Shown here in pieces: positions 49,043-59,186 of a stretch of DNA of 64,000 nucleotides. The DNA is from Candidatus Poribacteria bacterium (GTDB lineage: Bacteria; Poribacteria; WGA-4E; WGA-3G), in contig OZ240248.1 in assembly GCA_965198235.1 (NCBI GenBank), positions 864,001 through 928,000 of the forward strand, read 5' to 3'. The number at the start of each line of letters is the position of its first letter. The stretch's first letter is position 1. Made by a program: the position numbers and the translations under genes. Below the pieces are notes generated by a model. That model saw only the letters and a program-made list of their open reading frames with translations. It did not search any database and was not told the DNA's origin.

Positions 49043-50278
49043 TTGAAGTCATACCACAATGACTGTGTGAGGCACCTCAGTAATAACACCTCATTGCCAA
49101 GACGATTGGATATATCCGGAGGTGTATCATTGCTACTATGGCTCGCGTTTATAGCCAGTGTCTCACTCAGTCTTTCTTTCCCGATCATTGTGGAGGCACG
49201 CCCTGAGTTTGCAACCGAGCTTGGAAAAGAGTGCAGCTTTTGTCATCTTGACCCGGCTGGCGGCGGACCCCGAAATCGGGTCGGCGAGATTTTTGAAGAG
49301 AACTATTTCGAATTTCCCGAAGATTTCGATATGGAAGCCGTGACTGAAGAAGTCAAGAAAGTTGTCAAGCGACTCACAACTTCCCTCGATTTTCAGACCG
49401 CTTTTATCAAAACAACGCATGTCAATGAAGCGGAGAACGCTATCGCTGGATGTAATTCATGCCACTCTTCGATCGACAGATTTCTGCTCATGCAAGCAGA
49501 AGTAACGTTCAACGCGCAAGCCTCTGAACACGTTCGCCTTACCCTTTCCAATAACGTCGGGACAACGATGAATGCATTTGCAACGGTAGATGCTATTCCA
49601 AAACATCTCTATGTCAAAGTCGGACAGTTTCGACTGCCATTCGCTATCAAACAGAAGGACCATAATATCCTTGTTCGAGAAGGGTATGGACTTGGTTCTA
49701 ATAAACGGGATGTCGGCGTTGAAATCGGTGGAAATGCTGGAAAGATTTTCTACAATGCCGCTTTTTTTAATGCCAACAACACCGCAGCGAAAGGTGGACT
49801 CGGGACCCTTGGTGCCCAACTCGGACCGATTCGAGCAGGCGTATCCGCAATACTTGAGAAACCGAGCGAAGACTGGGAACGACTCATCGGGGCATTTTTC
49901 ACTGCCTCCTACGCAGGTGTGAGTATCGAAGGTGAATTCAATTTTGGAAACAGTGGAGAGGTAGCCTCTTTCACACCGGACACCGTTGATTCAAAAGGGT
50001 ACTACGTCGGGGCAAAATATCGTATTCTCCCCCAACTCACCGTTGCGGGTCGATACGGTCTGTTTGACCCAGATCGAATGATTAAGGGAGATGCAAGCCA
50101 ACGGGTCACACTCAGTGCTCAGTACAATTTTATCGAAAACGGGGCAATTTCTCTCTTTTACTGGGCAAACCTTGCCAACGCTGATCACAGCACCGATGAT
50201 ACCATTACAGACAAAGGCACACTACGCCAACTTCAAGGTACAGACCAAATTATTTTGATGTCACGATTCTGGTTCTAA
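49043..50278 (+). CDS. Outer-membrane porin-like beta-barrel with two CxxCH motifs
   Basis: ARPEFA..CSFCH..GGGPRN, CNSCH, VKVGQFRLPF, DVGVEIGG, terminal RFWF. Confidence 0.75.
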   Translation: MKSYHNDCVRHLSNNTSLPRRLDISGGVSLLLWLAFIASVSLSLSFPIIVEARPEFATELGKECSFCHLDPAGGGPRNRVGEIFEENYFEFPEDFDMEAVTEEVKKVVKRLTTSLDFQTAFIKTTHVNEAENAIAGCNSCHSSIDRFLLMQAEVTFNAQASEHVRLTLSNNVGTTMNAFATVDAIPKHLYVKVGQFRLPFAIKQKDHNILVREGYGLGSNKRDVGVEIGGNAGKIFYNAAFFNANNTAAKGGLGTLGAQLGPIRAGVSAILEKPSEDWERLIGAFFTASYAGVSIEGEFNFGNSGEVASFTPDTVDSKGYYVGAKYRILPQLTVAGRYGLFDPDRMIKGDASQRVTLSAQYNFIENGAISLFYWANLANADHSTDDTITDKGTLRQLQGTDQIILMSRFWF

Positions 50279-50356
50279 AGGCTTCTGCGTTGGCACCAAG
50301 GTGCTCAATTCTATTCAGAACATGTTTTGGCTCAAATACTACAAATGCTTCACGTG

Positions 50357-50384
50357 TAGGGACGGATCTCCATATCCGTCCCTA
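50357..50384. terminator. Hairpin downstream of the porin gene (terminator or REP)
   Basis: tagggacggat-ctccat-atccgtcccta. Confidence 0.55.
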
Positions 50385-50695
50385 TGTGTTTATATTTACA
50401 CATAACGTCACCCAAAGACACCTTTTTTATCTTTTTCGGTGACGATTAAACTTGACTACTACACCTTAAACGTTTAACATAATGACAATAGTCAGTTGGC
50501 ATAAAAATTGCTTGGAATTTAAGTATCTTTCGCCCTTTACATTCGCTAATTAGATTTTGGTGTAACTTACGAGTTCCCTTAATCCATAAACTGGAAGCCC
50601 ACAAACAATACCCAAAACAAGAGTTGCGACTGGGTGATTGTACCGAACAGGAAACCTATAAGGACAGGATCTTCAGAGCATAGGAGGTACTTTTG

Positions 50696-53600
50696 ATGGT
50701 AGTCAAACTCTCCAAAAATTTTTCGGCAAAATCTGGAAGTCGAAATGTGCTCCTAAAAAGCTTAATCGGCGTGATCGGGCTGATGTCCTTACTCCTTGGT
50801 GCCTGTATCCTCTACATCGTACAGAGCGACGTGCGTGCCCGGACACGATACAGTGTCAAGACCTTCACTCCACAAGGAGAGGTGCCACAATGGGTCGACT
50901 TTTCGATTACGTTCTCGGAGGCAATTATTGATAAGTCGCGTGTCGGGACCGAAGTTCCAGCAGAAGCACTTCGGTTTACGCCAGCGGTCCAAGGCACTGC
51001 CCGTTGGATCGCGCGCGATAGAGTCGGTTTCTTTTTAGACGCACCTTTAGCACCCTCCGCACAATATATTGTTCAACTCACACCAGAACTCAACCCATCT
51101 GAGACATTCCTACTAACCGGACAAAAAGAGTTTAAATTTGCTACCGATCCTTTCGCAGTTCAGCAAGCACGCATGGAATTTACCTCTGATGATGCCCGTG
51201 AAGACGCAACAGGTTTCGGCACGATAGCATTCAATTATCCTGTAACCATTGTCGATTTAAAGGCACACCTCTCTATTGAACTGGATGACGAAACAGAAAT
51301 CCCATATCAGATTGAAACCAACACAGCAACAGCGCGGACGGTCCGATTCGAGACAAAACGCATAAAACGCGGCAACGCAGATCAAGAGATAAAGATCAAG
51401 ATTGAAAAAGGGTTCAAATGTACAGGTGGGAAAATTGGTTTAGAAAAAGCAAGTGTTACACCGGTAATACTCCGAGGGAGAGGAACACTTGGTGTAACAT
51501 ACTCTGACGTTTGGGAAAGTGATGGAACTCCCTATATTTCGGTGAGTTTCAGTGCACCGGTACTCAGTGATGTTATTGAACCATACATAGAACTTACACC
51601 AGCAGTAGCATATCAGGTGACATCCGACTATCGAAACGTGCAGATTCACGGCAACTTCAAACGGCGCACTACTTACACACTAAAGATTCGGCGCGGTCTA
51701 ACAGCCCGAAACGATGCCGTCTTAAAACAAGATTACATGACGCGCCTCAAAATTCCGGATATCCGACCCCAACTTCGGTTTCTCGGCGACGGTTTCTTCC
51801 TCGCGAGAAAGGGCCAACTGAACTTAGGTCTCGCAACAATTAACGTGAAACGCGTGAAACTTAATATCGAAAAAGTTTTTGCGAACAATCTTATCTATGT
51901 ATCGAAATTAGAACGATGGAGTCGCCGGAGCAGAAACTTAGGCAAACCTATTCATACAGAAGAACTTGATATCCCGTCCCAATTGAACGAAGAGGTAACA
52001 ACACCTATCTCCTTGGAAGAATATCTCTCAGACGAACATGTCGGTATCTTCAAGGTTGTGGCACGAAACGCACAGAGAGAGTGGGATAGCGCGCATCAAT
52101 GGGTGCTCGTCACAGATTTGGGTATCAGTGCCAAACGCGCAGGAGATAGATTATACGTTTGGGTGAAATCACTCGCTACTGGCTCGCCAGTACCAACAGC
52201 GCGCGTCAAACTTATCAGTGATAATAACCAGACGCTACTCGAAGGGAGAACTAACTGGGCAGGATATGTTGAGTTCACAGATGTTGCGGAGAAGACAGAA
52301 GACTTCACACCGTTTATGATTACCGTCGCGAAACGGGACGATCTCGCTTTCATTCAACTCAACCGGCACGAAATCGCAACAGCAGACTTCAACATCGCTG
52401 GCTCTGCCTACTTGCAAAAAGGTTATGAAGCGTTCCTCTACACAAGCAGAGGTGTCTATCGACCCGGTGAAACTGTCCAACTTGCTGGAATTGTTCGAGG
52501 ACCAAAGCAGGTAACACCACAACCGCTTCCCACGCGGATTGAAGTGCTCTCCCCAAATGGCAGAATCATGCGAGAGTTAAGACTGCAAACAAACAAAAGC
52601 GGTGCCTGCGATGTGCAAATTCCCATTCCTGACTACGCCCTGACTGGTAATTATATTGCTAAGATGCGGATTGCTGACCGGGTCGTTGGAAGAGTCCAAT
52701 TTCAGGTTGAAGAATTTATGCCCGATCGGATAAAAGTCGCTGTAACAGCGGATAAATCCACCTACAAACTTGGAGAGGAACTTGACATTGAAGTGTCCGC
52801 TATTAATCTATTCGGTCCTCCAGCAGTGGGACGCAAGGTGGAAGCTTCCTGCGAATTGGAAGCACTTCCGTTTGTAAAAAAGGACACAGCACCCAGCGCA
52901 AGTGCAACACAATGGGACTCGTTTGTCTTTGGGAATACCCGCTCCAATTTTGAAAAACAAAGAATTGGATTGGGAGAAGCCAAAACTGATGCAGCCGGCA
53001 AAGCTCACTATCAATTCACGATTCCTGAAACCCTGAAAGCACCTTCTCTGCTAAACGGTACTCTGACAGCGACTGTCAGCGAAGCCGGTGGCAGATCCGT
53101 CACCGCTTCTCACCGAATTGTGATCCATCCGTACTCGCATTATGTTGGACTCCGACGAACAACGACAGGGGACGTAAAAATTAATCAACCCCTCCGATTC
53201 GACTATATTGCTGTTAACAATGCAATGGCAGTTGCATCGGGAAGAGACCTAAAACTAAGCCTCCACAAAGTCCACTGGAACACGATACTTCGTCAGAACA
53301 ATGCGGGGCGTTACGAGTACGTCTCCGAACCTCAGACAACGGAAGTGGAAACGGTCACATTAACTTCGGCAGAAATAGCGCAGACGGTGACCTTAACTCC
53401 CTCAGACTATGGTGAATACCGCGTCCGTCTTGAGGACATCGCCTCAACGGCGACTGCAGAACTTGGATTTTATGTCAGCGGATGGGGAAATATCCCAGTT
53501 TCTATGGAACATCCCACTCGACTGGAACTGACGCTTAATAAGCCTGCTTACCGTCCGGGGCAAACAGCAAAACTATATATTAAGGCACCGTTTCCGGGTA

Positions 53601-56353
53601 CACTTCTGCTGACTGTCGAACGGGAAAAGGTGTTGAGTTACCGGACAATGGTGATGAAAAATAATACCACAACTTTATCAATCCCAGTCCGGTACGCCTA
53701 TAGACCGAATGTGTATCTCTCTGCGACGCTGATTCGCGCCATCCCGATGGAAGGAACTGTGACTGATAAGAAGTCGCCTCTCCCTGCGCGCGCGTTTGGG
53801 GTAATTCCATTAAAGATAGATGAAACACGGAGGCGGCTTTCGATAGAAATGTCGCTCAATCAGACAAATGATACCGGGGATATGCAGAAGATTCCACTCG
53901 CCAGTCCCGAAGATAGCGAAGTGACTGTACTACCGAATAGCGAAGTGACTATAGCGTTCCAAGTTCACGGTAGACGTTCTTGGCAAAAATATGATGTCTG
54001 TATCGCAGCTGTTGATGAAGGGATCCTCGCGTTAACCGACTTCAAAACACCCAAGCCACACAACTACTTCTATCGACAGCGCGGGCTTAAGACGCGCTCC
54101 TTTGACCTGTATAGTGGGATCCTACCTGAAATCGCAAATGTCACCGACAATTCAAGTACAGGCGGAGATATGGCCACGACACGGCAGCCGGAACTGCGGA
54201 AGCGATTGAGTACAAGCAGCATCCGGCGAGTAAAGCCGATTTCACTCTGGTCCGGATTCGTGAAAACTGATGGAAACGGTCGCGGCAGTGTTCAATTCAA
54301 GATTCCACAGTTCAACGGGACATTGAGATTGATGGCAGTCGCATTCGCCGGTGGAGACTACGGGGGCACGGAAGCGTATCTGACTGTCCGCGCACCCATT
54401 GTTTTAACGCCGACATTTCCACGATTCCTTGCAGGTGGTGATAAGGTTCGTGTACCGGTCACCCTCTTTAACGACACAGGCACAGAAGGGGAATTTACGG
54501 TCGAATTGCAAGCATCAGGCGACGTGCGACTCCTTTCAGCAAGTGATGTCAATCCGCCCCAAACCTCACCTCAGGAGGATTCGGAGAAACCTTTACAAAC
54601 TTCAGAAACTGAGAACATAGTAGACAAACTCAGTATAGACCAGAGGGTTGACGCAGGTGCAGAAACACAAGTTTTTTTCGATATTCTCGTTCAGGATGCA
54701 ATAGGGGAAGCCAACTTCAATCTTTCTGCGCACGGTAATACACAAACAACACAACTGGAGACAAAAATCCCCCTGCGTTCCGTCGCTCCACCTGTCACGA
54801 AAACAGGACAGGGAGTGGTGCGCATAGGTGAATCTGTTGATTTCATTTTTCCGTCGAATTTAATACCCGATTCGTCAGAGTTTAGTCTCACGTTATCGCC
54901 ATTCCCAAATATCAGGTTTGCGGACAGTCTCCGCTACCTTATACGTTATCCACACGGCTGTCTGGAACAAACAACGAGCAGGGTTTTTCCACTGCTTTAC
55001 TTCAGCGACTTGGCACGAAGCGTCGAACCGATGCTGGCAGCAGAAGATTCAGTGGACTATTACATCACATCGGGCATCACGAAAATCGAAAGTATGTTGA
55101 AGTCAGATGATCGTTTTGCTTATTGGCCCGGCGGCACTTACGTGAACCCATGGAGCAGTATCTATGCGTCTCATTTCCTCGTCGAGGCACGGAAGGCAGG
55201 CTATGAAGTAGCAGACCGGGTTTACGACGCAATGCTGAAAGGTTTAAAAACACAGGCGAAATTCTCACCAAATACGGAAGACGGAAATGAAGCACAAGAG
55301 ATAAGAAAAAAGATTTCATTAGCAACCTATGCCGTCTACGTCTTAGCTGCTGCGGGACACCCCGACCGAGGCACGATGCACTATCTGAAAAACAGAGGCT
55401 TGAGCGGACTCAGCGATTATAGCCATTTTCAACTCGCAGGAGCGTTCGCCCTCAGCGGCGAACTGGAAACTGCTCTATCAATGCTACCGGTATCAGTATC
55501 GCCCAATTTTAATAAGAGTACTGCGCAACGCGAGACAGGTGGAACACTCGATTCCCCTATTCGAGCCCAAGCCATCATGTTAGACGTTCTTGCCGAAGTT
55601 AACGAAAACCATCCGTCAATCCCGATGCTCGTCCAAAATCTAAGTGAGGCAGCGTCTGAGGGGAACCGATGGACAACAACACAAGAAAACGCCTTTGCGT
55701 TTCTGGCACTCGGCAAGATCCTGAAGAAACAGATGGATAGAAACTACACCGGTACCCTGACGCTCAACGATGAACATTTCGCCGACTTCGACGCGACGGA
55801 CACTCGTTACACCGATGAAGCATGGGATGGGACGCGTGTCCAACTCTCTGTCAAAGGTGAAGGAAGTTGCTACTACTATTGGAGCGCGTTTGGCATTCAA
55901 CGCGACTCCTTCATCGAAGAATATGAACGCGAACTACAGGTGCGCAGACGCTATTTTAACAAAGACGGCGAAGAACGTACGGGCAGCTTCGCACACGGGG
56001 AGTTGATTATCGCTGAGGTAACCCTCAAAGCCCTCACCGCCAATCTCGAAAACGTTGTTGTCGTCGATATGTTGCCTACAGGATTCGAGATCGAGAATCC
56101 TAGGTTAGAATCCCGAGCAGGTATTCCATGGTTGAAAGCACAGGATTTCAAACCGGATTATATTGATATTCGCGATGACAGGCTCATCTTCTTCGGCACG
56201 TTCCCACGCCAACGCGAACGTAAATTCTATTACGCGCTACGTGCCGTCACACAGGGTGAATTTACCTTACCTCCTATTGTCGCCGAGGCGATGTACGATA
56301 CAACAAAATCTGCTGTAACGGGTAGCATGCGCATCGCAGTGGTTGCAGAATGA
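50696..56353 (+). CDS. Bacterial alpha-2-macroglobulin (YfhM-like)
   Basis: VTDLG, RGVYRPGE, VEEFMPDR, AAVDEGIL, thioester motif YPHGCLEQ, TTQENA, AEAMYD; upstream of pbpC. Confidence 0.95.
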   Translation: MVVKLSKNFSAKSGSRNVLLKSLIGVIGLMSLLLGACILYIVQSDVRARTRYSVKTFTPQGEVPQWVDFSITFSEAIIDKSRVGTEVPAEALRFTPAVQGTARWIARDRVGFFLDAPLAPSAQYIVQLTPELNPSETFLLTGQKEFKFATDPFAVQQARMEFTSDDAREDATGFGTIAFNYPVTIVDLKAHLSIELDDETEIPYQIETNTATARTVRFETKRIKRGNADQEIKIKIEKGFKCTGGKIGLEKASVTPVILRGRGTLGVTYSDVWESDGTPYISVSFSAPVLSDVIEPYIELTPAVAYQVTSDYRNVQIHGNFKRRTTYTLKIRRGLTARNDAVLKQDYMTRLKIPDIRPQLRFLGDGFFLARKGQLNLGLATINVKRVKLNIEKVFANNLIYVSKLERWSRRSRNLGKPIHTEELDIPSQLNEEVTTPISLEEYLSDEHVGIFKVVARNAQREWDSAHQWVLVTDLGISAKRAGDRLYVWVKSLATGSPVPTARVKLISDNNQTLLEGRTNWAGYVEFTDVAEKTEDFTPFMITVAKRDDLAFIQLNRHEIATADFNIAGSAYLQKGYEAFLYTSRGVYRPGETVQLAGIVRGPKQVTPQPLPTRIEVLSPNGRIMRELRLQTNKSGACDVQIPIPDYALTGNYIAKMRIADRVVGRVQFQVEEFMPDRIKVAVTADKSTYKLGEELDIEVSAINLFGPPAVGRKVEASCELEALPFVKKDTAPSASATQWDSFVFGNTRSNFEKQRIGLGEAKTDAAGKAHYQFTIPETLKAPSLLNGTLTATVSEAGGRSVTASHRIVIHPYSHYVGLRRTTTGDVKINQPLRFDYIAVNNAMAVASGRDLKLSLHKVHWNTILRQNNAGRYEYVSEPQTTEVETVTLTSAEIAQTVTLTPSDYGEYRVRLEDIASTATAELGFYVSGWGNIPVSMEHPTRLELTLNKPAYRPGQTAKLYIKAPFPGTLLLTVEREKVLSYRTMVMKNNTTTLSIPVRYAYRPNVYLSATLIRAIPMEGTVTDKKSPLPARAFGVIPLKIDETRRRLSIEMSLNQTNDTGDMQKIPLASPEDSEVTVLPNSEVTIAFQVHGRRSWQKYDVCIAAVDEGILALTDFKTPKPHNYFYRQRGLKTRSFDLYSGILPEIANVTDNSSTGGDMATTRQPELRKRLSTSSIRRVKPISLWSGFVKTDGNGRGSVQFKIPQFNGTLRLMAVAFAGGDYGGTEAYLTVRAPIVLTPTFPRFLAGGDKVRVPVTLFNDTGTEGEFTVELQASGDVRLLSASDVNPPQTSPQEDSEKPLQTSETENIVDKLSIDQRVDAGAETQVFFDILVQDAIGEANFNLSAHGNTQTTQLETKIPLRSVAPPVTKTGQGVVRIGESVDFIFPSNLIPDSSEFSLTLSPFPNIRFADSLRYLIRYPHGCLEQTTSRVFPLLYFSDLARSVEPMLAAEDSVDYYITSGITKIESMLKSDDRFAYWPGGTYVNPWSSIYASHFLVEARKAGYEVADRVYDAMLKGLKTQAKFSPNTEDGNEAQEIRKKISLATYAVYVLAAAGHPDRGTMHYLKNRGLSGLSDYSHFQLAGAFALSGELETALSMLPVSVSPNFNKSTAQRETGGTLDSPIRAQAIMLDVLAEVNENHPSIPMLVQNLSEAASEGNRWTTTQENAFAFLALGKILKKQMDRNYTGTLTLNDEHFADFDATDTRYTDEAWDGTRVQLSVKGEGSCYYYWSAFGIQRDSFIEEYERELQVRRRYFNKDGEERTGSFAHGELIIAEVTLKALTANLENVVVVDMLPTGFEIENPRLESRAGIPWLKAQDFKPDYIDIRDDRLIFFGTFPRQRERKFYYALRAVTQGEFTLPPIVAEAMYDTTKSAVTGSMRIAVVAE

Positions 56354-59169
56354 TAAAAAAATCAGCAAAATGGCTATCAGCAATCAGTAGGCGTTGTCGA
56401 CGTATAAACGCCTCGCGAGGACACACAGCGTCGTCGATGGAAACTGACTGCCGACTGCTGACCGCCGATTGGTATAAAAAAAAGATATTTTGGCTGCTAC
56501 CTCCCTTGTTGATTGCCACTCTCTTTATGCTCGCAAATTGGTGTTTCCCGCTACCCAAAGCACGTCTCCACCCACCTGTATCTCAGATTGTATTGGACAG
56601 AAACGGCGAGTGGCTTCGAGCATTTTTAGCCGACGATGGCATGTGGCGAATAGCAGTCAGCCATTGGAGAAACGCCCAAGCAAAAATACCATCAGCAGTC
56701 AGTAAAATAGCCGACAACCGAACAATTCTCACTGCGAAGCAAGCCGACAGCTATTCCCCCTTACTACACCAAGCGATACTAACATCAGAAGATAGGTGGT
56801 TTTACTATCACTATGGTATCAACCCTGCGTCGATTGCAACAGCCATCTATGACAATTTGAAAGCGGGTGAAGTTGTGCGCGGTGGTTCAACCATCACCAT
56901 GCAACTCGCTCGACTGATGAAACCCAAAGCACGTAACATTCCGAACAAACTCATCGAGATGTTCCGCGCACTTCAACTTGAACATGCTTATTCCAAATCA
57001 GAGATTTTAACGTTTTATTTCAACATGCTCCCGTATGGCGGGAATATAGTCGGGACAGCAGCAGCCTCACGATTCTACTTCAACAAACCCCAGCATGCGC
57101 TTAGTCTTGGTGAAGCCGCACTTCTCGCTGCCATTCCGAACGCCCCAGAACGTTTGCGACCTGACAGGTTCCCAGAAAACGCGCGAAAGGCACGCGAAAA
57201 AGTCCTGAATCGTCTCCTTGCACGTCGACAAATTTCCGAACAGCAGTGGCAGGAGGCAGTCCAAGAACCGATCCCCCACACACGCTACCCACTTCCATTC
57301 AAAGCACCACATCTCTCACGCATGTTGGTTAAAGAAAACCGATGGCGTGCGAAACAAGACGGCAGGATATACACGACAATAGACGCGAAGGTTCAGGAAA
57401 CTGCAGTACGCATCCTTAACGAATATTTGGTGGAGGCAGAGCGCAAACCAAGCTTGCGCGGGTCTCACAGCACCAGCACAGGTGCAATCATCGTCATGGA
57501 TACCCAAAACCGCCACGTTTTAGCAATGGTAGGTTCTCACAATTTTTTTGACCGGGAGGCATTAGGACAGGTAAATGGGACGCTCGCGCCGCGTTCTCCG
57601 GGTTCTGCCCTCAAATCTTTCGTCTATGCACTGGCGATGGAAGAGGGCTTGACTACACCAGAAACATTGTTATTCGATGTTCCTGTTACCCATGCTGGAT
57701 ATGAGCCGGTGAACTATGATGGGAAATATAACGGTTACGTCACCGCTCGTCAAGCCCTCGCACGTTCTCTTAATGTCCCCGCCGTTAATCTTAACGCGCG
57801 CCTGAAAAACGTCACACTACATGCTTTCCTCAAACAGGCTGGCATCTCTACACTCGCGCCTGCCCAAAAGTACGGACTTTCTATGGTTCTCGGTGGATGT
57901 GAAGTGAATCTGCTTGAATTGACTACACTTTACGCCGGGTTGGCAAATATGGGAGAATTTGGACCTTATCAACTGACGCTCCCAAGAAATAGCCATCAGC
58001 AGTCAGCCATCAGCACAGACTCGCCCACGCCTACTGATACAAAGCTTTTCAAGCGCGTGGGAGAGTCTGAGCAAGAGGGTGTAACTTTACCAGAAAACCG
58101 ATTCGCTGAAGATTTCCGAGAACCGAGAGCCGAGAGCCATTTTTCGCAACGTTTACTCCGAAAAGAGACAAGCTTCATCATAACCGAGATGTTAACAAAC
58201 TCACAACTACCTACCAACACCGTTAAAAATCCAGAAGCCTTTGAAAGAACAATGAACCTACCGAAAATTGCATGGAAGACCGGTACTTCTTATGGGCACC
58301 GGGATGCGTGGTGCATCGGATACTCGCCGACACTAACAATTGGTGTATGGCTCGGCAATTTCGATGGAAAGGGGGCTCCGATGCTGAGCGGTGCAGATGC
58401 AGCATCTCCTATTCTTTTCGCGCTCTTTACTGCCCTGATTGGACAAGACACACATCGCTGGTTTACCAAGCCGGAACAATTGAAAACACGACAAGTATGT
58501 GCCCTTAGTGGCGCACCAGTTTCATCACACTGTCCCGCCCATAAGGACGATGTGTATATCCCGGGTATCTCGTCTGTAGCGGTCTGCACAATTCATAAAC
58601 GCCTCTATGTTGACGAAGCGACAGGGCACAGTCTCTGCTCCCATTGCCGGATTTCTAACTATGGGAATCTGGTCCCTATAGACATTGCACCCCGCTGGGG
58701 TGCTCAAAAGGAATTCCCTCTTGAACCCCGTAGGGGTGATATGTCTGTAGAGGAACAACGACCCAATTCAATAATTAAAAAAGCACAAGTACAAATATTT
58801 GAAGAATGGCCCGCCGATGCGGCGACTTGGTTGGCAGAGAATGGATTTGCCGTGCCGGTACTGCCAGAGCATAATCCTTTGTGCACCGGAACAATTGCGG
58901 GGAACGCTCCGGTTATTTTATCTCCAGCAGAGGACACTATCTATTACATTCGGGAAGGCGTGCCGTTGGAAAACCAAAAGATTCGATTGATCGCCTCGGC
59001 TTCCAGCCGGACACAGGATTTGTTCTGGTTTTTGGATGGTGAGTTAATTTTTCAAGGAAACGCAGGGGAGCAATACTGGCTTACACCCACCAAAGGGAAA
59101 CACGTGTTAACTTGTGTGGATGCGGAGGGCCGCTCAGCAACCCGTCCGCTCTATATTTTAAACTATTAA
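56350..59169 (+). CDS. pbpC: Penicillin-binding protein 1C with several in-frame repeat insertions
   Basis: EDRWF, GGSTITMQLAR, PGSALK, SLN, KTGTS, C-terminal BiPBP_C-like domain; ATGA overlap with the A2M stop. Confidence 0.93.
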   Translation: MIKKSAKWLSAISRRCRRINASRGHTASSMETDCRLLTADWYKKKIFWLLPPLLIATLFMLANWCFPLPKARLHPPVSQIVLDRNGEWLRAFLADDGMWRIAVSHWRNAQAKIPSAVSKIADNRTILTAKQADSYSPLLHQAILTSEDRWFYYHYGINPASIATAIYDNLKAGEVVRGGSTITMQLARLMKPKARNIPNKLIEMFRALQLEHAYSKSEILTFYFNMLPYGGNIVGTAAASRFYFNKPQHALSLGEAALLAAIPNAPERLRPDRFPENARKAREKVLNRLLARRQISEQQWQEAVQEPIPHTRYPLPFKAPHLSRMLVKENRWRAKQDGRIYTTIDAKVQETAVRILNEYLVEAERKPSLRGSHSTSTGAIIVMDTQNRHVLAMVGSHNFFDREALGQVNGTLAPRSPGSALKSFVYALAMEEGLTTPETLLFDVPVTHAGYEPVNYDGKYNGYVTARQALARSLNVPAVNLNARLKNVTLHAFLKQAGISTLAPAQKYGLSMVLGGCEVNLLELTTLYAGLANMGEFGPYQLTLPRNSHQQSAISTDSPTPTDTKLFKRVGESEQEGVTLPENRFAEDFREPRAESHFSQRLLRKETSFIITEMLTNSQLPTNTVKNPEAFERTMNLPKIAWKTGTSYGHRDAWCIGYSPTLTIGVWLGNFDGKGAPMLSGADAASPILFALFTALIGQDTHRWFTKPEQLKTRQVCALSGAPVSSHCPAHKDDVYIPGISSVAVCTIHKRLYVDEATGHSLCSHCRISNYGNLVPIDIAPRWGAQKEFPLEPRRGDMSVEEQRPNSIIKKAQVQIFEEWPADAATWLAENGFAVPVLPEHNPLCTGTIAGNAPVILSPAEDTIYYIREGVPLENQKIRLIASASSRTQDLFWFLDGELIFQGNAGEQYWLTPTKGKHVLTCVDAEGRSATRPLYILNY

Positions 59170-59186
59170 ATCTGGGCACCAATCAT

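Noticed and set aside
50585-50690. Leader of the alpha-2-macroglobulin gene as an ncRNA
   Set aside because: Only one weak stem and no recognisable motif
53913-53950. Short duplication atagcgaagtgact x2 in alpha-2-macroglobulin
   Set aside because: A small in-frame slippage in a linker, with no sign of a diversifying mechanism
50696-59169. Alpha-2-macroglobulin plus pbpC as a novel system
   Set aside because: A well-known conserved gene pair; only the insertions are unusual
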